DNA from: the human T2T-CHM13v2.0 reference genome, Homo sapiens
Assembly: GCF_009914755.1 (NCBI RefSeq)
Contig: NC_060943.1
Reading direction: 5' to 3' (one strand)
Length of the DNA: 64,000 bases
Under the pieces are notes generated by a model that saw only the letters and a list, made by a program, of their open reading frames with translations, ran no database searches and had not been told where the DNA came from. Made by a program: the position numbers and the translations under genes. Positions 43,892 through 62,806 of the stretch are shown in pieces; positions within the stretch are counted from its first letter, which is position 1, and each line of letters opens with the position of its first letter.

Positions 43892-44822
43892 GTATGTGCT
43901 ACCACACCTGGCTAATTATTGTATTTTTATTTTTATATATTTTTTTATTTTTGAGTCTCACACTGTCACCCCAGACTGAAGTGCAATGGCATGATCTTGG
44001 CTCAGTGCAACTGCCACCTCCTGGGTTCAAGCGATTCTCCTGCCTCCACTTCCTGAGTAGCTGGGATTACAAACAACCACCAAGCCCAGTTACTTTTTGT
44101 ATTTTTAGTAGAGATGGGGTTTCACTGTGTTGGCAAGGCTGGTCTCAAACTTCTGACCTCAAGTAATCCACCCTCCTCAGCCTTCCAGAGTGCTGGTATT
44201 ACAGACATAAGCCACCAAGCCTGGCTCAGTTTTTTTATTTTTCGTAGCGACAGGGTTTCACAGTGTTGGCCAGGCTGGTCTCAAACTCCTGAGCCCAAGT
44301 GATCTTCACACCTCAGACTCCTAAGTAGCTTGGACAACCATGCCTGGCTAAGTTTTTGTATTTTTGGTAGAGATGGGGTTTCACCATGTTTCACCAAACT
44401 CCTGAGCTCAAGAGATCTATCTGCCTCAGCCTCCCAGAGTGCTGGGATGACAGGCATGAGGCACCAGACCCAGCATCTGCATGGGGTTTGGTCAGGGCTG
44501 GGTCTAGGGACCCAGGGCTGGGTCAGGAAGGGGAGCCCATTCCAGCCCAGCTCCCACTGTTGCAGCGTGTGTGTGGGCTCCTCTAGGAAAGAAGTGCGAG
44601 TTTTCCTGTGGCAGTTTATCATCCCTGGTGCAGTGGGCAGCAGACGGGACCATATTTCCCAGGGTGAGGTCGCCTTTGTATGTGTGGTTGTGTTCCACGG
44701 AGGTGGCGTGTTGATTCTGAGCAATAAACAACATATTTCTAACATTCAGGATTGACTTCTAAAGACTCTTGGTACGTGAGGAAGAAACCCGGAAGAGGAA
44801 GAGGAGAGCAAAGGAGTCAGGG

Positions 44823-44837
44823 ATGGCTTTTTCTCAG
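44823..44837 (+). CDS. ZNF761: ZNF761 first coding exon (MAFSQ); exon spans 44750-44837
   Basis: Acceptor ttcag|G at 44749/44750, gggATGG start, donor CAG|GTGAGA. Confidence 0.88.
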
Positions 44838-45559
44838 GTGAGATGATATTTTCAGTGGATTGTTCTGTCTCCTTCCTTTCAGAAATGCTGGGCCTTGGAG
44901 TTGGGAATCTTCTCTGAGTCTGAAGCATCCTGCCTGACAGGTTTGCTCACATTCACCCATGCCTTCCCTCAGTCCCTCTTATCTCGCTTAGATTCCATCT
45001 CTCGTGATCCAGTGAGATGAACTTGGGAAGAGGCTGCACTGGGCATGGTCTTGGGAAGGGCTCACACCCAGACATGGATGGAGACGGGGTGAGGGTCCCA
45101 TGGTGTCAGTGCTGTTGGACAGCAGGGATTGTTCAGGGGCCACATCTGGACGTACTGTCAGCTCTCTGTGGACCAGTATTAGAGCAGCTGCCAATGGAAG
45201 TCATGTATTCATGTGCACAAAGTATGTGGTAAATTCTAGAAAAGGTGACCAAGATCGAGAAATGTTTTCTGCCTGATTTTATAATACATTTTTAGTTTTT
45301 TGAGTGAGTTACTGTGTTTCTGACTCCAAAAATCTTAGTAATTAGAATGGAAAGTTCATACACAGACATGAAAGATAGAAGATGTTTTATTCTGTCATTA
45401 TTTTAAGAATAGGAAATCAACCTGAACAATAGCAGGAGATTCATTAAACCATTCTTAGCACATTACGCTCATGGAGACTGTGGTGTTACCGTGGAGAGGC
45501 TTGTGAAACAGGTGTTTTCATTAAACGTTTTTATAATTTTTATTATTATGTTATGATAA

Positions 45560-45890
<331 letters not shown>

Positions 45891-46349
45891 TAACCATCAC
45901 ATGATGTATCCATTTGTTTTGTGGTAAAACTCCAAGCAAAGCTGCAGCTTAGATTTTTTGCCATAATGCATCTCCTTTCCCTGTCACGTCCTCCACCCTC
46001 CTTCCAGCCTCACTGGGGAGCCACTACTGTCAGTTCTGTGCCAGGTGTCAGAGCAAGTCCCGTTCACGTGTATTTCTACATCGTTATGAGACTTATGAGA
46101 TGATATCGTTATGAGATATAATCGATGAGATATAATGGATTTCCATACTTTGACTAATCTAGTTTTCATATATTTTCTTTTGAGACTGGGTCTCACTGTG
46201 GTGCCCAGGCTGGAGCACAGTGACGTGATCTTAGCTCACTGCAACCTCCACCCTAAGGCTCAAGCCATCCTCCTACCTCAGGCTCCCAAGTAGCTGGAAC
46301 CACAGGTGCCTGCCACCATGGCTAGCTAATTTTTTTTTTTTTTTTTTGA

Positions 46350-46590
<241 letters not shown>

Positions 46591-46776
46591 TAAAAGTTTC
46601 TGGGCCGGGCGCGGTGGATCACGCATGTAATTCCAGCACTTTGAGAGGCTGAGTCAGGCAGATCACGAGGTCATGAGTTTGAGACCAACCTGGCTATTAC
46701 GGTGAAACCCCGTTTCTGCTAAAAATACAAAAATTAACTGGTTGTGGTGGCATGCACCTGTAATTTCAGCTACTCA

Positions 46777-46896
<120 letters not shown>

Positions 46897-47046
46897 TTAG
46901 TAAAACACAACTGGGAAGACAAAATGCGGTGAAAAATCCCTTACTCAGATTTGTTAGAACATTCACTGCATTTAAATCCATGCCTTCACCTCTCTTCTTC
47001 TCATTTTCTGTAAAGATAAGAACTCCTCTCATAACCATTTGGTTAA

Positions 47047-47325
<279 letters not shown>

Positions 47326-49127
47326 TGAATTCCTTGGCTCAAGTGATTGTCCCACCTCAGCCTCCCCCGGTAGCTGGTACAGGTGCATGCCACCATGTTT
47401 GGGCAAATTTTTTAGTTTGTTTTCTTTCCAGACAGGGTCTTGCTGTGTTGTTGAAATTCATCTTGATCTCCTGAGCTCAAGAGATCCTCCTCAGTCTCCC
47501 AAGTAGCTGAGATTACAGGTGCCAACCACCATACCTAATTATTGGCTTTTATTTTTAAGATTTTTGCATATGTGTGGCCGGGCTTGGTGGCTCACGCCTG
47601 TAATCCCAGCACTTTGGGAGGCCAAGGTGGGTGGATCACGAGGTCAGGCGATCGAGACCAGCCTGGCCAACATGGTGAAACCCCGTCTCTACTAAAAATA
47701 CAAAAATTAGCCGGGTGTGGTGGCATGGGCCTGTAATCCCAGCTACTTGGGAGGCTGAAGCAGGAGGATCACATGAACCTGGGAATCGGAGGTTGCAGTG
47801 AGCCAAGATCACCACTGCACATCTGCCTGGTGACAGAGTGAGACTCCATCTCAAAAAAATAAATAAAATAAAATGAAATATTTGCATATGTGTGTCCTTA
47901 AGGCTAATATGAGTCTATGAGTTTCTTGTAGACAACATGTAGTTGGTTCCTATTGATTCAGCCAGTCTTTGGTTTCTGAATGCAGAGTTACTTACAGTGG
48001 AAGTATTACTGATGGAGAAGACCTTACCCTTGTGATTTTGTTACATATTATCTGTGTTTCTTGTAGGTTTTTTTTGTTCTTCATTTCTCATTTACTACTT
48101 TTTGTGTTTAATTGCTTTTTTGTGTAGACATGCTTTGACTCCCTTCTTTTATTTACTTCTTTTGTTTGTTTGTTTATGATGGAGTCTCACTCTGTCGCCA
48201 AGGCTACAGTTCAGTGGTACGATCTTGGCTCACCGCAGCCAGCTCCGCCTCTCGGGTTCAAATGTTTCTTGTGCCCCAGTGGCTCACGCCTGTAATCCCA
48301 GCACTTTGGGAGGCTGAGGCAGGCAAATCACCTGAGGTCAGGAGTTCAAAACCAGCCTGCCTAACATGGCGAAACTCCATCTCTACTAAAATACAAAAAT
48401 TAGCCGGACACTGTGATGGGCGCCTGTAATCCTGCTACTCAAGTGTCTAATGCAGGAGAGTCACTTGAACCCAGGAGGTGGAGGTTGCAGTGAGCCGATT
48501 GCACCACTGCACTCCAGCCTGGGCGATAGCACGAGACTCTGTCTCAAAAAAAAAAAAAAAAATTCCATAACCTGCAAAAACTATTTCTCCACTAGAACTC
48601 TGTATTTATGTCAGAATTATTTCTGTGTATGTTGCACTTTCATCAACCTATATGGATACTGTGTTTTCATGCTTTTTTCTTCTAAATAGGAAAAAAAGTT
48701 GAATTATGAAGAAAAGGTACACTTATAACAGTTTATGTGTCCTTTTATTTGCCTGTTCATTTATTTATTTATTTGTTGATGAGATGAAGTTTTGTTCTTG
48801 TCGCCCATGCTGGAGTGCAATGGCACAATCTCGGGTCACTCCAACCTCCAACTCCCAGGTTCAAGCAATTCTCCTGCCTCAGTGTCATGAGTAGCTGGGA
48901 TTACAGATGTGTGCCACCACGCCTGGCTAATTTTGTATTTTAATAGACACAGGCTTTCTCCTTTTTGGTTAGGCAGGTCAGAAACCCCTGCCCTCAACTG
49001 ATCCACCAACCTCGGCCTCCTAAACTGCTGGATTACAGGTTGAACCACCGCACCCAGCCTGTCTGTCTTTTTATTTACCTTTACTGGAGAACTTTATATA
49101 TATCTGTGGGTTGGAGTTACTCTTTAG

Positions 49128-49376
<249 letters not shown>

Positions 49377-49932
49377 TGATCCTCCTGCCTCAGCCTCCCA
49401 AAGTGCTGGGATTACAGGTGTGAACCACCATGCCTGGCCAGCCTCAAAGTTTTTAAAACATGTTATTGCTATTAGATGGCTTCAAGTATTGTTAAGATTT
49501 ATAGTACAGGCTCTAAACTTCCTTTGTTTAATCAGATTTTTCAGCCCTCGGTGATGTTGATGAGATGCTCCTGTTCCTGTCTCAGTCATTTCACTGTCCT
49601 GTCAGAAATAGCTTAGACTGGCCACCCGAGGTGGCTCATACCTCTAATCCCAACAGTTTCGGATGCCAAGGTGGGCTGATCACTTGAAATCAGGAGTTTG
49701 AGACCAGTCTGGCCAACATGGTGAAACCTCGAATCTACTAAATACAAGAAATTGGCCAGTTGTGGTGGCTCAAGCCTGTAATCCCAGCACTTTGGGAGGC
49801 TGAGAGGGGCAGATCACCTGATTTCAGGAGTTCGAGGCCAGCCTGGCCAACGTGGTAAAACCCTGTCTCTACCAAAAATACAAAAATTAGCTGGCCATGC
49901 TGGCGCATGGCTGTTATCCCAAGTACTCACTA

Positions 49933-50064
<132 letters not shown>

Positions 50065-51209
50065 TCATGCCACTACACTCCAATGTGGGTGACAGAGTGT
50101 GACTCGGTCTCAAACACAAACAAAAAGAGAAATAGCTTAAACTGGGAGGCTTCAGACACAGAAATTTATTTCTCATGAATTTGGAAAGTGGGAAATCCAA
50201 GAGCAAGGTGCCAGCCAAATTGGTTCCTGGTGAGAGCATTCTTCATGGTTTAGCCCAGCCATCTTCCTGCCGTGTCCTGACATGGTGGAAACAGGAACAG
50301 GCAACGAGCTCTTTAATATCTCTTTTTATGAAAGCACAAGTCCTATTCACGAGTAGTCAACACCCGTGACCAAATTGTCTCAAAGGCCCCATCTGCAGAA
50401 CATCCTTTTGGAGAATAAGAACTCTGAACATGGCTTTTGGCCAATATGAACATTCAGACCAGGTAGCCTGCATCATATTTTTTATGTTTTTATTGTGCAA
50501 TTTGATTTATAAAATGTTTTCTCTGATCTTAGTTTAAAATTTTTCCCAGTGCACATTCTGTGTTTTATATTTTGTGCATAGTGAGCTAGATAATTAAGGT
50601 CAACAATGCACAGGTGCAATCTCGGCTTACTACAACCTCCACTTCCTGGGTTCAAATGATTCTCCTGCCTCAGCCTTCCAAGTAGCTGAGATTACAGGCA
50701 CCCACCACCACGACCAGCTAATTTTTTTGTATTTTTAGTAGAGTTGGGATTTCACCATGTTGGCCAAGCTACTCTCGAACTCCTGACTTCATGATCCGCC
50801 TGCCTCAGCCTCCCAAAGTGCTGGTATTACAGACCGTGCCCGGCTGTTAGTCAATTCTTATTCCTTATAATGCTGTGCACTTCTTTGACCTCATAAATCA
50901 GATGGTAGTGATCTTAACATGTATTTCAGTTTTTATATTGTGTGCTGGTTGTAAGTAGAAGTTTGGCGTTTTTCTTAATGGAATTGTTTAGAATTTTGCA
51001 GGTTGTATAAATGTACTTATTCTTTGCTTCCTGGTTTTATGGATTACAATATTTTACTAATTAATTTTTATGATTGTACATGAGGCTTTTCGGTATGTGG
51101 TATGCAATATAACTGACACAGTCCACTAGCTAATGTCACACAGTGCCACCAGATGCTGTGGCTCACACCTGCCATCCCAGGACTTTGAGAGGTTGAGGCG
51201 GGTGGATCA

Positions 51210-51422
<213 letters not shown>

Positions 51423-52172
51423 TCATCTCAAAAATATAAAAATAAAAAAAAATGTTTTAATGTCACAACGTGCCTTTTCTTCATGGATATAGGTAATTTT
51501 ATGACAGTTATTCAGAAAAACATTGTATTAACTTTTTTTTTTTTTGAGGTAGAGTCTCACTTTGTCACCCAGGCTGAAGTACAGTGGTGAAATCTTGGCT
51601 CACTGCAACCTCTGCCCCTTGGGTTCAAACAATTCTTGTGCCTCAGCCTCCCGAGTAGCTGGGACTAGATGTGGGCCACCACGCCTGGCTACATTTTGTA
51701 ATCTTTTCTTGTCTTCTCAGTGCTATGACTGTTTGACAATACAGAATTTCCATTGATTTTGGTTATCCTTACATGAGCTTGTTGTGGATTATTTACCAAT
51801 ATAGTATATCGTGTGGTCCTTTAGCATTTATTTGTATACAGTAAATATGCTGTAAATATGAAGAATATATACTTTTCATTGATATGACAGTGATATGTTT
51901 TTTACAAACTGTTAGACACTTTAGGGTCACAATGGAAAAATATTCCTTACTTTAGGCTACACATGTTTGTGCCCTGTCAATGTTTTGTCACAATCTTGGA
52001 AATAGACTTCCGTAAAAATAATTTGAAGCACATGTAATCGCCCTTTATTTGTTAAAGAATCTTATGCTTTTCTGTTCCTAAACTTTGAGGGTCATGTTTG
52101 GAAAGTTTAAAATAACTATTGTTTTTTGTGTCGTATTTACACATTTCAGCATTATTTACCATCTGTACTTAA

Positions 52173-55141
<2,969 letters not shown>

Positions 55142-56228
55142 AGCAAACCATCAAGCATTAATTGACATTAGGGTCAATTCAGCATTGACTTGAGTTTGTA
55201 TTGACTTAACATTGAGTTCAAGCATTAATTGACATTAGTGTTTATGTTAAGAGGATTGGGCCAGGCACATCAGCTTACACCTGTAATCTGAGCGCTTTGG
55301 GAGGCCAAGGTGGGTAGATCACTTGAGGTCAGGAGTTTGAGATCAGCCTGGCCAACAGACGTGAGCCATTTTCCCAGCCTGTTTTTTGTTTCTTTAAAAA
55401 AACTGATAGGGATTTTTATGGATATCATGTTGAATCTAAATCACATTGGGTTATTATATAATCATTTCACAATATTAATTTTTCCAAGCTATCAATATGG
55501 GTTGTAGCTCAATGTTTTTAATCATTTTGATCAATGTTTGTAGATTTCAAGGTACAAACTTCTGACCTTTGTACGTTTATTTCTAAGTATTTCTTTAAGT
55601 TCTCCAGCAAATGGAAGTGTTTTAAAATTTTCTTTTAAAATTGTTTATTGTTAAAGTATGGAAATTCAACTAATTTTTGGTGCTGATACTGTATTGTGCA
55701 AATCCACTGACTATGTTACTTAGTTCCAGTAGTATTTTGGTTGGCTCTTTGTGATTTTCTACACAGAAGATTATGTCATCTACAAACAAATATAATTTTA
55801 CTTCTTACTTTCTGATTTGGATGAGTTTTATTTCCTCTGCTATTTCATTGCTCTGGCTGGGACAGCCAGTATTGATTGAATAGAAGGGGTGAGAGCATTC
55901 TTGCATCATGTGAGAGCCTCCAGGAAAGGCATTACATTTTCCCTGCTTGACTGTTTACTCATTGGTCATTTCATGGACGGTCTTTCTATTGTTGAGGTAA
56001 ATTTCCTTTTCTGTCTATTTTGTTTAGGATTTCTATGATGACTGGATTTTGAATTTTGTGAAATGCTTTTTCTCTATTAAGATGATGTGGTTTTCATCTT
56101 TTGTTCTGTTCAAGTGGTATATCACATTGATTTGCTTGAATATGTTGAACCATCCTTGCATCCCAGAAATAAGTGGCACTTGAATATCTACATTTTTTTA
56201 ATGTCCTCTTGAATACAGTTTTCTAGTA

Positions 56229-57240
56229 CAATGGATCTTGAAGAAGTTCATGGAAAAATACCTATTATGAGAAAATTTGCATGAATTTCAGTTTTTGCAA
56301 CAAAACACTGGTACAAGTCTGTTATAACATGTCTGAACAGGCTGTAGTTTAAGGCACTCAGAAGGATAAGACATGAGTTTGAAAAGAGACTCTATCAAAG
56401 CAATATAAATTCTGCTAAAATTGAAACAAGAAGAAACATCAAATTTACGATGAGATCAGATGCAGTGTCTCAGGTCTATAATCCCAGCACTTTCAGAGGC
56501 CATGACAGGTGGGTCACATGAGCCCAGGTATTCAAGACGAGCCTGGGCAACATGGTGAAACCCCCTTGTCTACAAAAAATACAAAAATTAGCTGGGCATG
56601 GTGGCATCTGACTGCAGGGCCAGCTACTGTGGAGTCTGTGGTGGAGGATGGCTTGAGCCTGGGAGGTCGAGGCTGCAGTGAGCTGTGGTCATGCCACTGC
56701 ACTCCAGCGTGGGTGATGGAGTGAGATACTGTCTCAATAAAAGAATAATTATGGGCCGGGCGGCGTGGCTCAATCCTGTAATCCCAGCACTTTGGGAGGC
56801 TGAGGCGGGTGGATCATGAGGTCAGGAGATTGAGACCATCCTGGCTAACACGGTGAAATCCCGTCTCTACTAAAAATACAAAAAAAAAAAAAATTAGCCG
56901 GGCATGCTGGAGGGTGCCTGTAGTCCCAGCTACTCAGGGAGGCTGAGGCAGGAGAACGGCATGAACCCGGGAGGCAGAACTTGCAGTGAGCCGAGATCAT
57001 GCCACTGCACTCCAGCCTGGGGGACAGAGTGAGACTCCGTCTCAAAAAAACAACAACAGCAACAACAAAATTATGGTAAAGTTTGGGAAGAGGAATAATG
57101 GAATCATTGATACTTTATGAAAAGGTTATGGAGACGATGCCCAAAAGAAATAAACCATTTGTAAATGGATAACTCATTTCGAATTGGGACAAGACAGTGT
57201 TGAAGGTGATGCTAGGAGCGGCAGGCAGATCACATCAGTT
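56229..57240 (+). mobile_element. HSMAR2 5' fragment split by two Alus
   Basis: TA plus TIR; transposase N-terminus to ~56450, resuming ~57068-57240 (ggaatcattgatacttta...aaatggataactcatttc...agcggcagg). Confidence 0.82.
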
Positions 57241-57494
57241 TTTTGTTTTGTTTGTTTGTTTGCTTTGAGGCAGTGTCTCGATCTGTTGCCCAAAAGCTAC
57301 GTAGAGGCCAGGCGCAATGGCTCATGACTGTAATCCCAGCACTTTGGGAGGTGGAGACAGGCAAATCACCTTAGGTCGGGAGTTCAAGACCAGCCTGACC
57401 AATATGGCGATACCCTGTCTCTACTAAAAATACAAAATGAGCCAGGTGTGGTGGCGCATGCCTGTAATCCCAGCTACTCGGGAGGCTGAGACAG

Positions 57495-58469
57495 CGAAGG
57501 GGACCTGCCCCTCCACACCTGTGGGTATTCCTCATCAGATGAGAGACTGAGAAAAGAAATAAGACACAGAGACAAAGTATAAAGAAAGAACAGTGGGCCC
57601 AGGAGACTGGCGCTCAACATGCGAGGACCCGCACTGGCGCTGGTCTGAGTTCCCTTAGTATTTATTGATCACTATTTTTACTATCTTGGCGAGGGGAGTG
57701 CGGCAGGGCAACGGGGTGACGGTAGGGAGAAGGTCAGCAGGGAAACGTGAGCAAAGGAATCTGTATCATGAATAAGTTCAAGGAAAGGTACTGTGGATGT
57801 GCACGTAGGCTAGATTTATGTTTCACTTTACACAAACATCTCAGTGTAGCAAAGAGTCACAGAGCAGTATTGCTGCCAGCATATCGCCTCCAGCCATAGG
57901 GCAGTTTTCTCCTATCTCAGAATAGAACGAATGGTCGGCTTTACACTGAGACATTCCATTCCCAGGGATGAGCAGGAGACAGAAGTCTTCCTCTTATCTC
58001 AACTGCAAAGAGGCCTCCCTCTTTCACTACTCCTCCTCAGCACAGACCCTTTACAGGTGTCAGGCTGGGGGATGGTAAGGCCTTTCCTTTCCCATGAGGC
58101 CATATCTCAGGCTGTCTCAGTGGGGGGAAACTTGGACAATACCCAGGCTTTCTAGGGCAGAGGTCCCTGCGGCTTTCCGCAGTGCATTGTGTCCCTGGTT
58201 AACTGAGAATGGAGAACAGCGATAACTTTTACCAAGCATACTGCCTGCAAACATATTAACAAGGCACACCCTGCACAGCCCTAAATCCATTAAACCTTGA
58301 TTCAATACAACACATGTTTCTGTGAGCACAGGGTTGAGGCTATAGTTACACATTAACAGCATCTCGAAACAGAACAATTTTTCTTAGTACAGATCAAAAT
58401 GGAGTTTCTTATGTCTTCCTTTTCTGCATAGACACAGTAACAATCTGATCTCTCTCTCTTTTCCCCACA
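57495..58469 (-). mobile_element. HERV-K(HML-2) solo LTR (LTR5B-like) inserted into an Alu (57306-~58590)
   Basis: Minus strand TGTGGGGAAAAGAGAGAGAGATCAG...CCCCTTCG; imperfect TSD GACAG/GAAAG; the Alu resumes gagaatcacttgaacc. Confidence 0.88.
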
Positions 58470-58619
58470 GAAAGGAGAATCACTTGAACCCAGGAGGAGG
58501 AGGTTGTGGTGAGCCGAGATTGCGCCATTGCCCTCCAGCCTGGGCAATAACAGTGAAAATCTGTCTCAAAAAGAAAAGAAAAGAAAAAAAGATATATACT
58601 CCCCTAAGAAAAGAAAAAA

Positions 58620-59169
58620 AGCTATATACTCCCCTCACAAACTGGGGACCTCAAGATCTCCACCCTAAAATAGTTATTTTGAATTTCCCCCTGGCAATGT
58701 AAACCGAGAGCTTATCTGCACAGGTGTGGGACAGAACCAATCCCTCTGCACACCTGAGACAAATGCCTATCTGATTGCTTCCCCTGCCCTATTGTTTACA
58801 TAAAAACGCAGGGTCACTGAGGCAGTCGAAGGCATTAAGTGACTATTCCTCCTCCCGCTCTCACATATAAATTGTGTATTTAGTGAAAGGTTGATCAAAG
58901 ACTCAAAGAATGTGATCATTTGTTATCTACCTGTGACCCGGAAGCCCCCCAATTCCAGTTATTCCACCTTTCCAGACTGAACCAATGCATATCTTACATG
59001 TATTGATTGATGTATTATGTCTCTGCAAAATGTGTAAAACCAAACTGCAGCCTGAACACCTTGGGCACACATTGTCAGGACCTCCTGAGGCTGTGTCACG
59101 GGGGCATTTTTAACCTTGGCAAAATAGATTTCTAAATTGACTGAGACCTAGTAGATACTTTTAGTTCAC
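58620..59169 (+). mobile_element. 3' part of a MER4-family LTR
   Basis: cacctgagacaaatgc...aaccaatgcatatcttacatgtattgattgatg...caggacctcctgaggctgtgtcacgg...gttcaca. Confidence 0.75.
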
Positions 59170-59550
59170 AAGCTCATGAACGCAGAAGAAATTGAGAGAA
59201 TAAGAAAAAAGCTAGGTGTCATGGAAAGCACGAAATCAGTTCCAAAATCTGAACTCCTTCATATTTATTCAACATAGGGAAATGCTCTTCAACTTTGTGT
59301 GATTAGATTCCATTTGCGAATGATATATATTTCTAGTATTTGATTAAAATAACCCATTCTATGTAATTTTAGCCAACTTAAACTGCAAATAATAAATGAT
59401 CAATTATATACATACATAAAACTTCCTAATATTTCACTTAGTATTGCTATTACTATGTTCTTGGGGCAGAAGCTCAGTCTGTCAGATACATTACGAGAGA
59501 CTGGTGTCTCCATAATTGTGCTTAGGACTATGTTGCATGAATGGATAAAC

Positions 59551-60460
<910 letters not shown>

Positions 60461-60619
60461 AAACGACTGAACGTTATACAAAAACAGACAATTAATCCAA
60501 TTCTCACAAAAGCAGGAATTTGGTAGTCCTCATCCAGCATGCCAAGCAAAGATCCACACTGTGGAGTCAGCGCTCACGAGAACAAAGGGGCTGACAGCTG
60601 GGAAACATGGGTGGATGAA

Positions 60620-61510
60620 GGGTGAGGCGCTCAGCAGCCGCCAACTGGGATTATTGGAAAGGGCAATAGGGTATTGAAAGGCGGAGGACACGGTCTAAAA
60701 CGATACAAAAGCTGCAGAGCCACTGGGCCTGCGAGCTTCCCATGGGGAAGCCGGGACTCCCTGACAACTGCACAAACTCGCGTGGGGATTTCAACATCCC
60801 GAAGCACCCAGATTCCTTCTGGGCGGGTTCTGGACAGAGAGCGGGGACGGAACGGGAGGGGTAAAGGTCGCCGAGGGGGCCGGGCCAGAACAGGTGCTGG
60901 GTCGGGGAGAGAGGGTGGAGGCAGCTTTGGAAACCGGGCCTGGTTAGAGGGTGGGGGTGGGGCCTGGAATGGGAGTGGGCGGGGCAAGAGGGAGGAGGCT
61001 GCCTGGGGGCCGGGCTGGACAGCAGGAAAAGGCGGGACCCGAGGGTTAGCGTCATCTTGGGGGTGGGGTCTGGAAGGGGTTTTGTTCTGAAGGGCGGGGC
61101 CTGGAGGGGGCGGGTCCGGGTTCTTTTCTCAGCTGGGCCGTGGATGTCGCCTGCTCTCATCCTCTTGCCCTCCAGGACTGGGTCCTCCGGGTTCTGATTG
61201 GTGGATTGTTTCTGATGTGCCATGATATTACCCCTAATATCACAGGGATGCTTCCTGCCCGTTGAAGTTACTATTTCGAACAATCGAAGGTAAAACAACA
61301 TATTGTAGTGGGCCACCTGTACTGAACGTTGAATCGTTTTTCCTCTTAAGTTGAAAATAGTTTCAATGCAAAGAGCTTTTTTGGAGAAGGTAGAGTCGCG
61401 CGTCCTGCAGGCGGGGCAAGCTCCCCTCAGTCTGGGGCAGGGCGGTGGAGAGGGTCAGGGACCTCGGTAAAGGGGTGGAGTGGGGCGCTGGTTGCAGCGG
61501 GCACAGACAA
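60620..61510. promoter_or_regulatory. GC/CpG-rich promoter-like island without an obvious gene
   Basis: Several GGGCGGGG boxes, inverted CCAAT (ctgattgg, ~61194-61201), G-runs. Confidence 0.55.
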
Positions 61511-62468
61511 TTAGAACGGCTTATTAAACTAAGCAAGGTCCTGGGTTGGGTTGTTTGAGTGGATAATGGAAACTGAAGGGTGACAAGCAGAACTGCCTAT
61601 TATACACAGGAGGTGAAGGACAATTTCATATTTCATGGAAATAAAGTCAGGGCCCGGAGCGGTGGTTCACACCTGTAATCCCAGCACTTTGAGTGGCCGA
61701 AGTGAGAGGATCGCTTGAGCCCAGGAGTTTGAGATCAGCCTGGGCAACATGATGAGACGTCGTCTCTAATAAAAATATAAAAAAATCAGCCAAGTGTGGT
61801 GGTGCGCGCCTGTGGTCCCAGCTGCTGGAGCGCTGAGGTGGGAGGATCGCTTGAGCCAGGGAGTTGGAGGCTGCAGTGAGCCCTGATCTCACCACCACAC
61901 TCTAGCCTGGGTGTCAGAGCTAGACCCTGTCTCAAACAAACAAGCAAATAAATGAGAGGTGTAATTCCTCCTGTGAAAATAAAGAGATTTACTTTCCTTT
62001 CGTCTCTTTTCTTAGGAGACTTATTTAGAAAATTTGTAAATGGATTTTGTCTGTCTTCTGAGGTTTTTTGTTGTTTTGTTTTTGTTGTTTGTTTTTTAGA
62101 TGGAGTTTTGCTTTTGTTGCTTAGGCTAGAGTGCAATTGCACGATCCCAGTTCACCGCAGCCTTCAACTTCCGGGTACAAGCCCGGTTTCGAACTCCTGA
62201 CCTCAAGTGATTCGCCATCTTGGCCTCTGAAAGTGCTGGGATTACAGGTGTGAACCACCACACCTGGTCTGAAGTGGTATTTTTTAGAAACTAACTAAAC
62301 CTTTTTTCAGCTTGATGACCCAGGGATGTATTTCTGAAGGACTTGGGAGCTCTCTTTGAAAGGCAAAATACAAGGGAGACAGTACCTGTATCTCAGTAGG
62401 AAATTAAATAATTCATACATCAAATAATTCCAATTTAAAGCTATGACCTTTAAATAATTATGAGCCTT

Positions 62469-62806
62469 TGAAGAGAGAGGCCATTTCTCTTACTGTCTCC
62501 TGTCTCTGAAGTAAAAGCTGAAAAACAACAGGAATGAAGTCAGTGGCAAGACCAGCTGGTGCCACTGATGACCAGGCCTGAGGTTAAAATATTAACCCCC
62601 AACTCTAACCACATGTGCTCTCAATCTATCATGACCCTTTCACGTGGAACCCCTTACAGTTGTAAGCCCTTAAAAGGACCAGGAACTCCTTCTTGGGGGA
62701 GCTCGGTTCTTGAGATGCCAGTCAGCCGATGCTCCCGGCCAAATAAAGCAACTTCCTTCTTTAACCCTGTGTGTGAGGGCTTTTGTCTGTGGCTCGTCCT
62801 GCTACA
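62469..62806 (+). mobile_element. LTR2-family (HERV-E/Harlequin-related) solo LTR nested in an older LTR
   Basis: TGAAGAGAGAGG...GGCTCGTCCTGCTACA with AATAAA and a 4-bp TSD CCTT. Confidence 0.72.

Noticed and set aside
60631-61316. 221-aa and other Pro/Gly-rich ORFs in the distal CpG island
   Set aside because: Expected from stop-poor GC-rich sequence; no recognisable domain.
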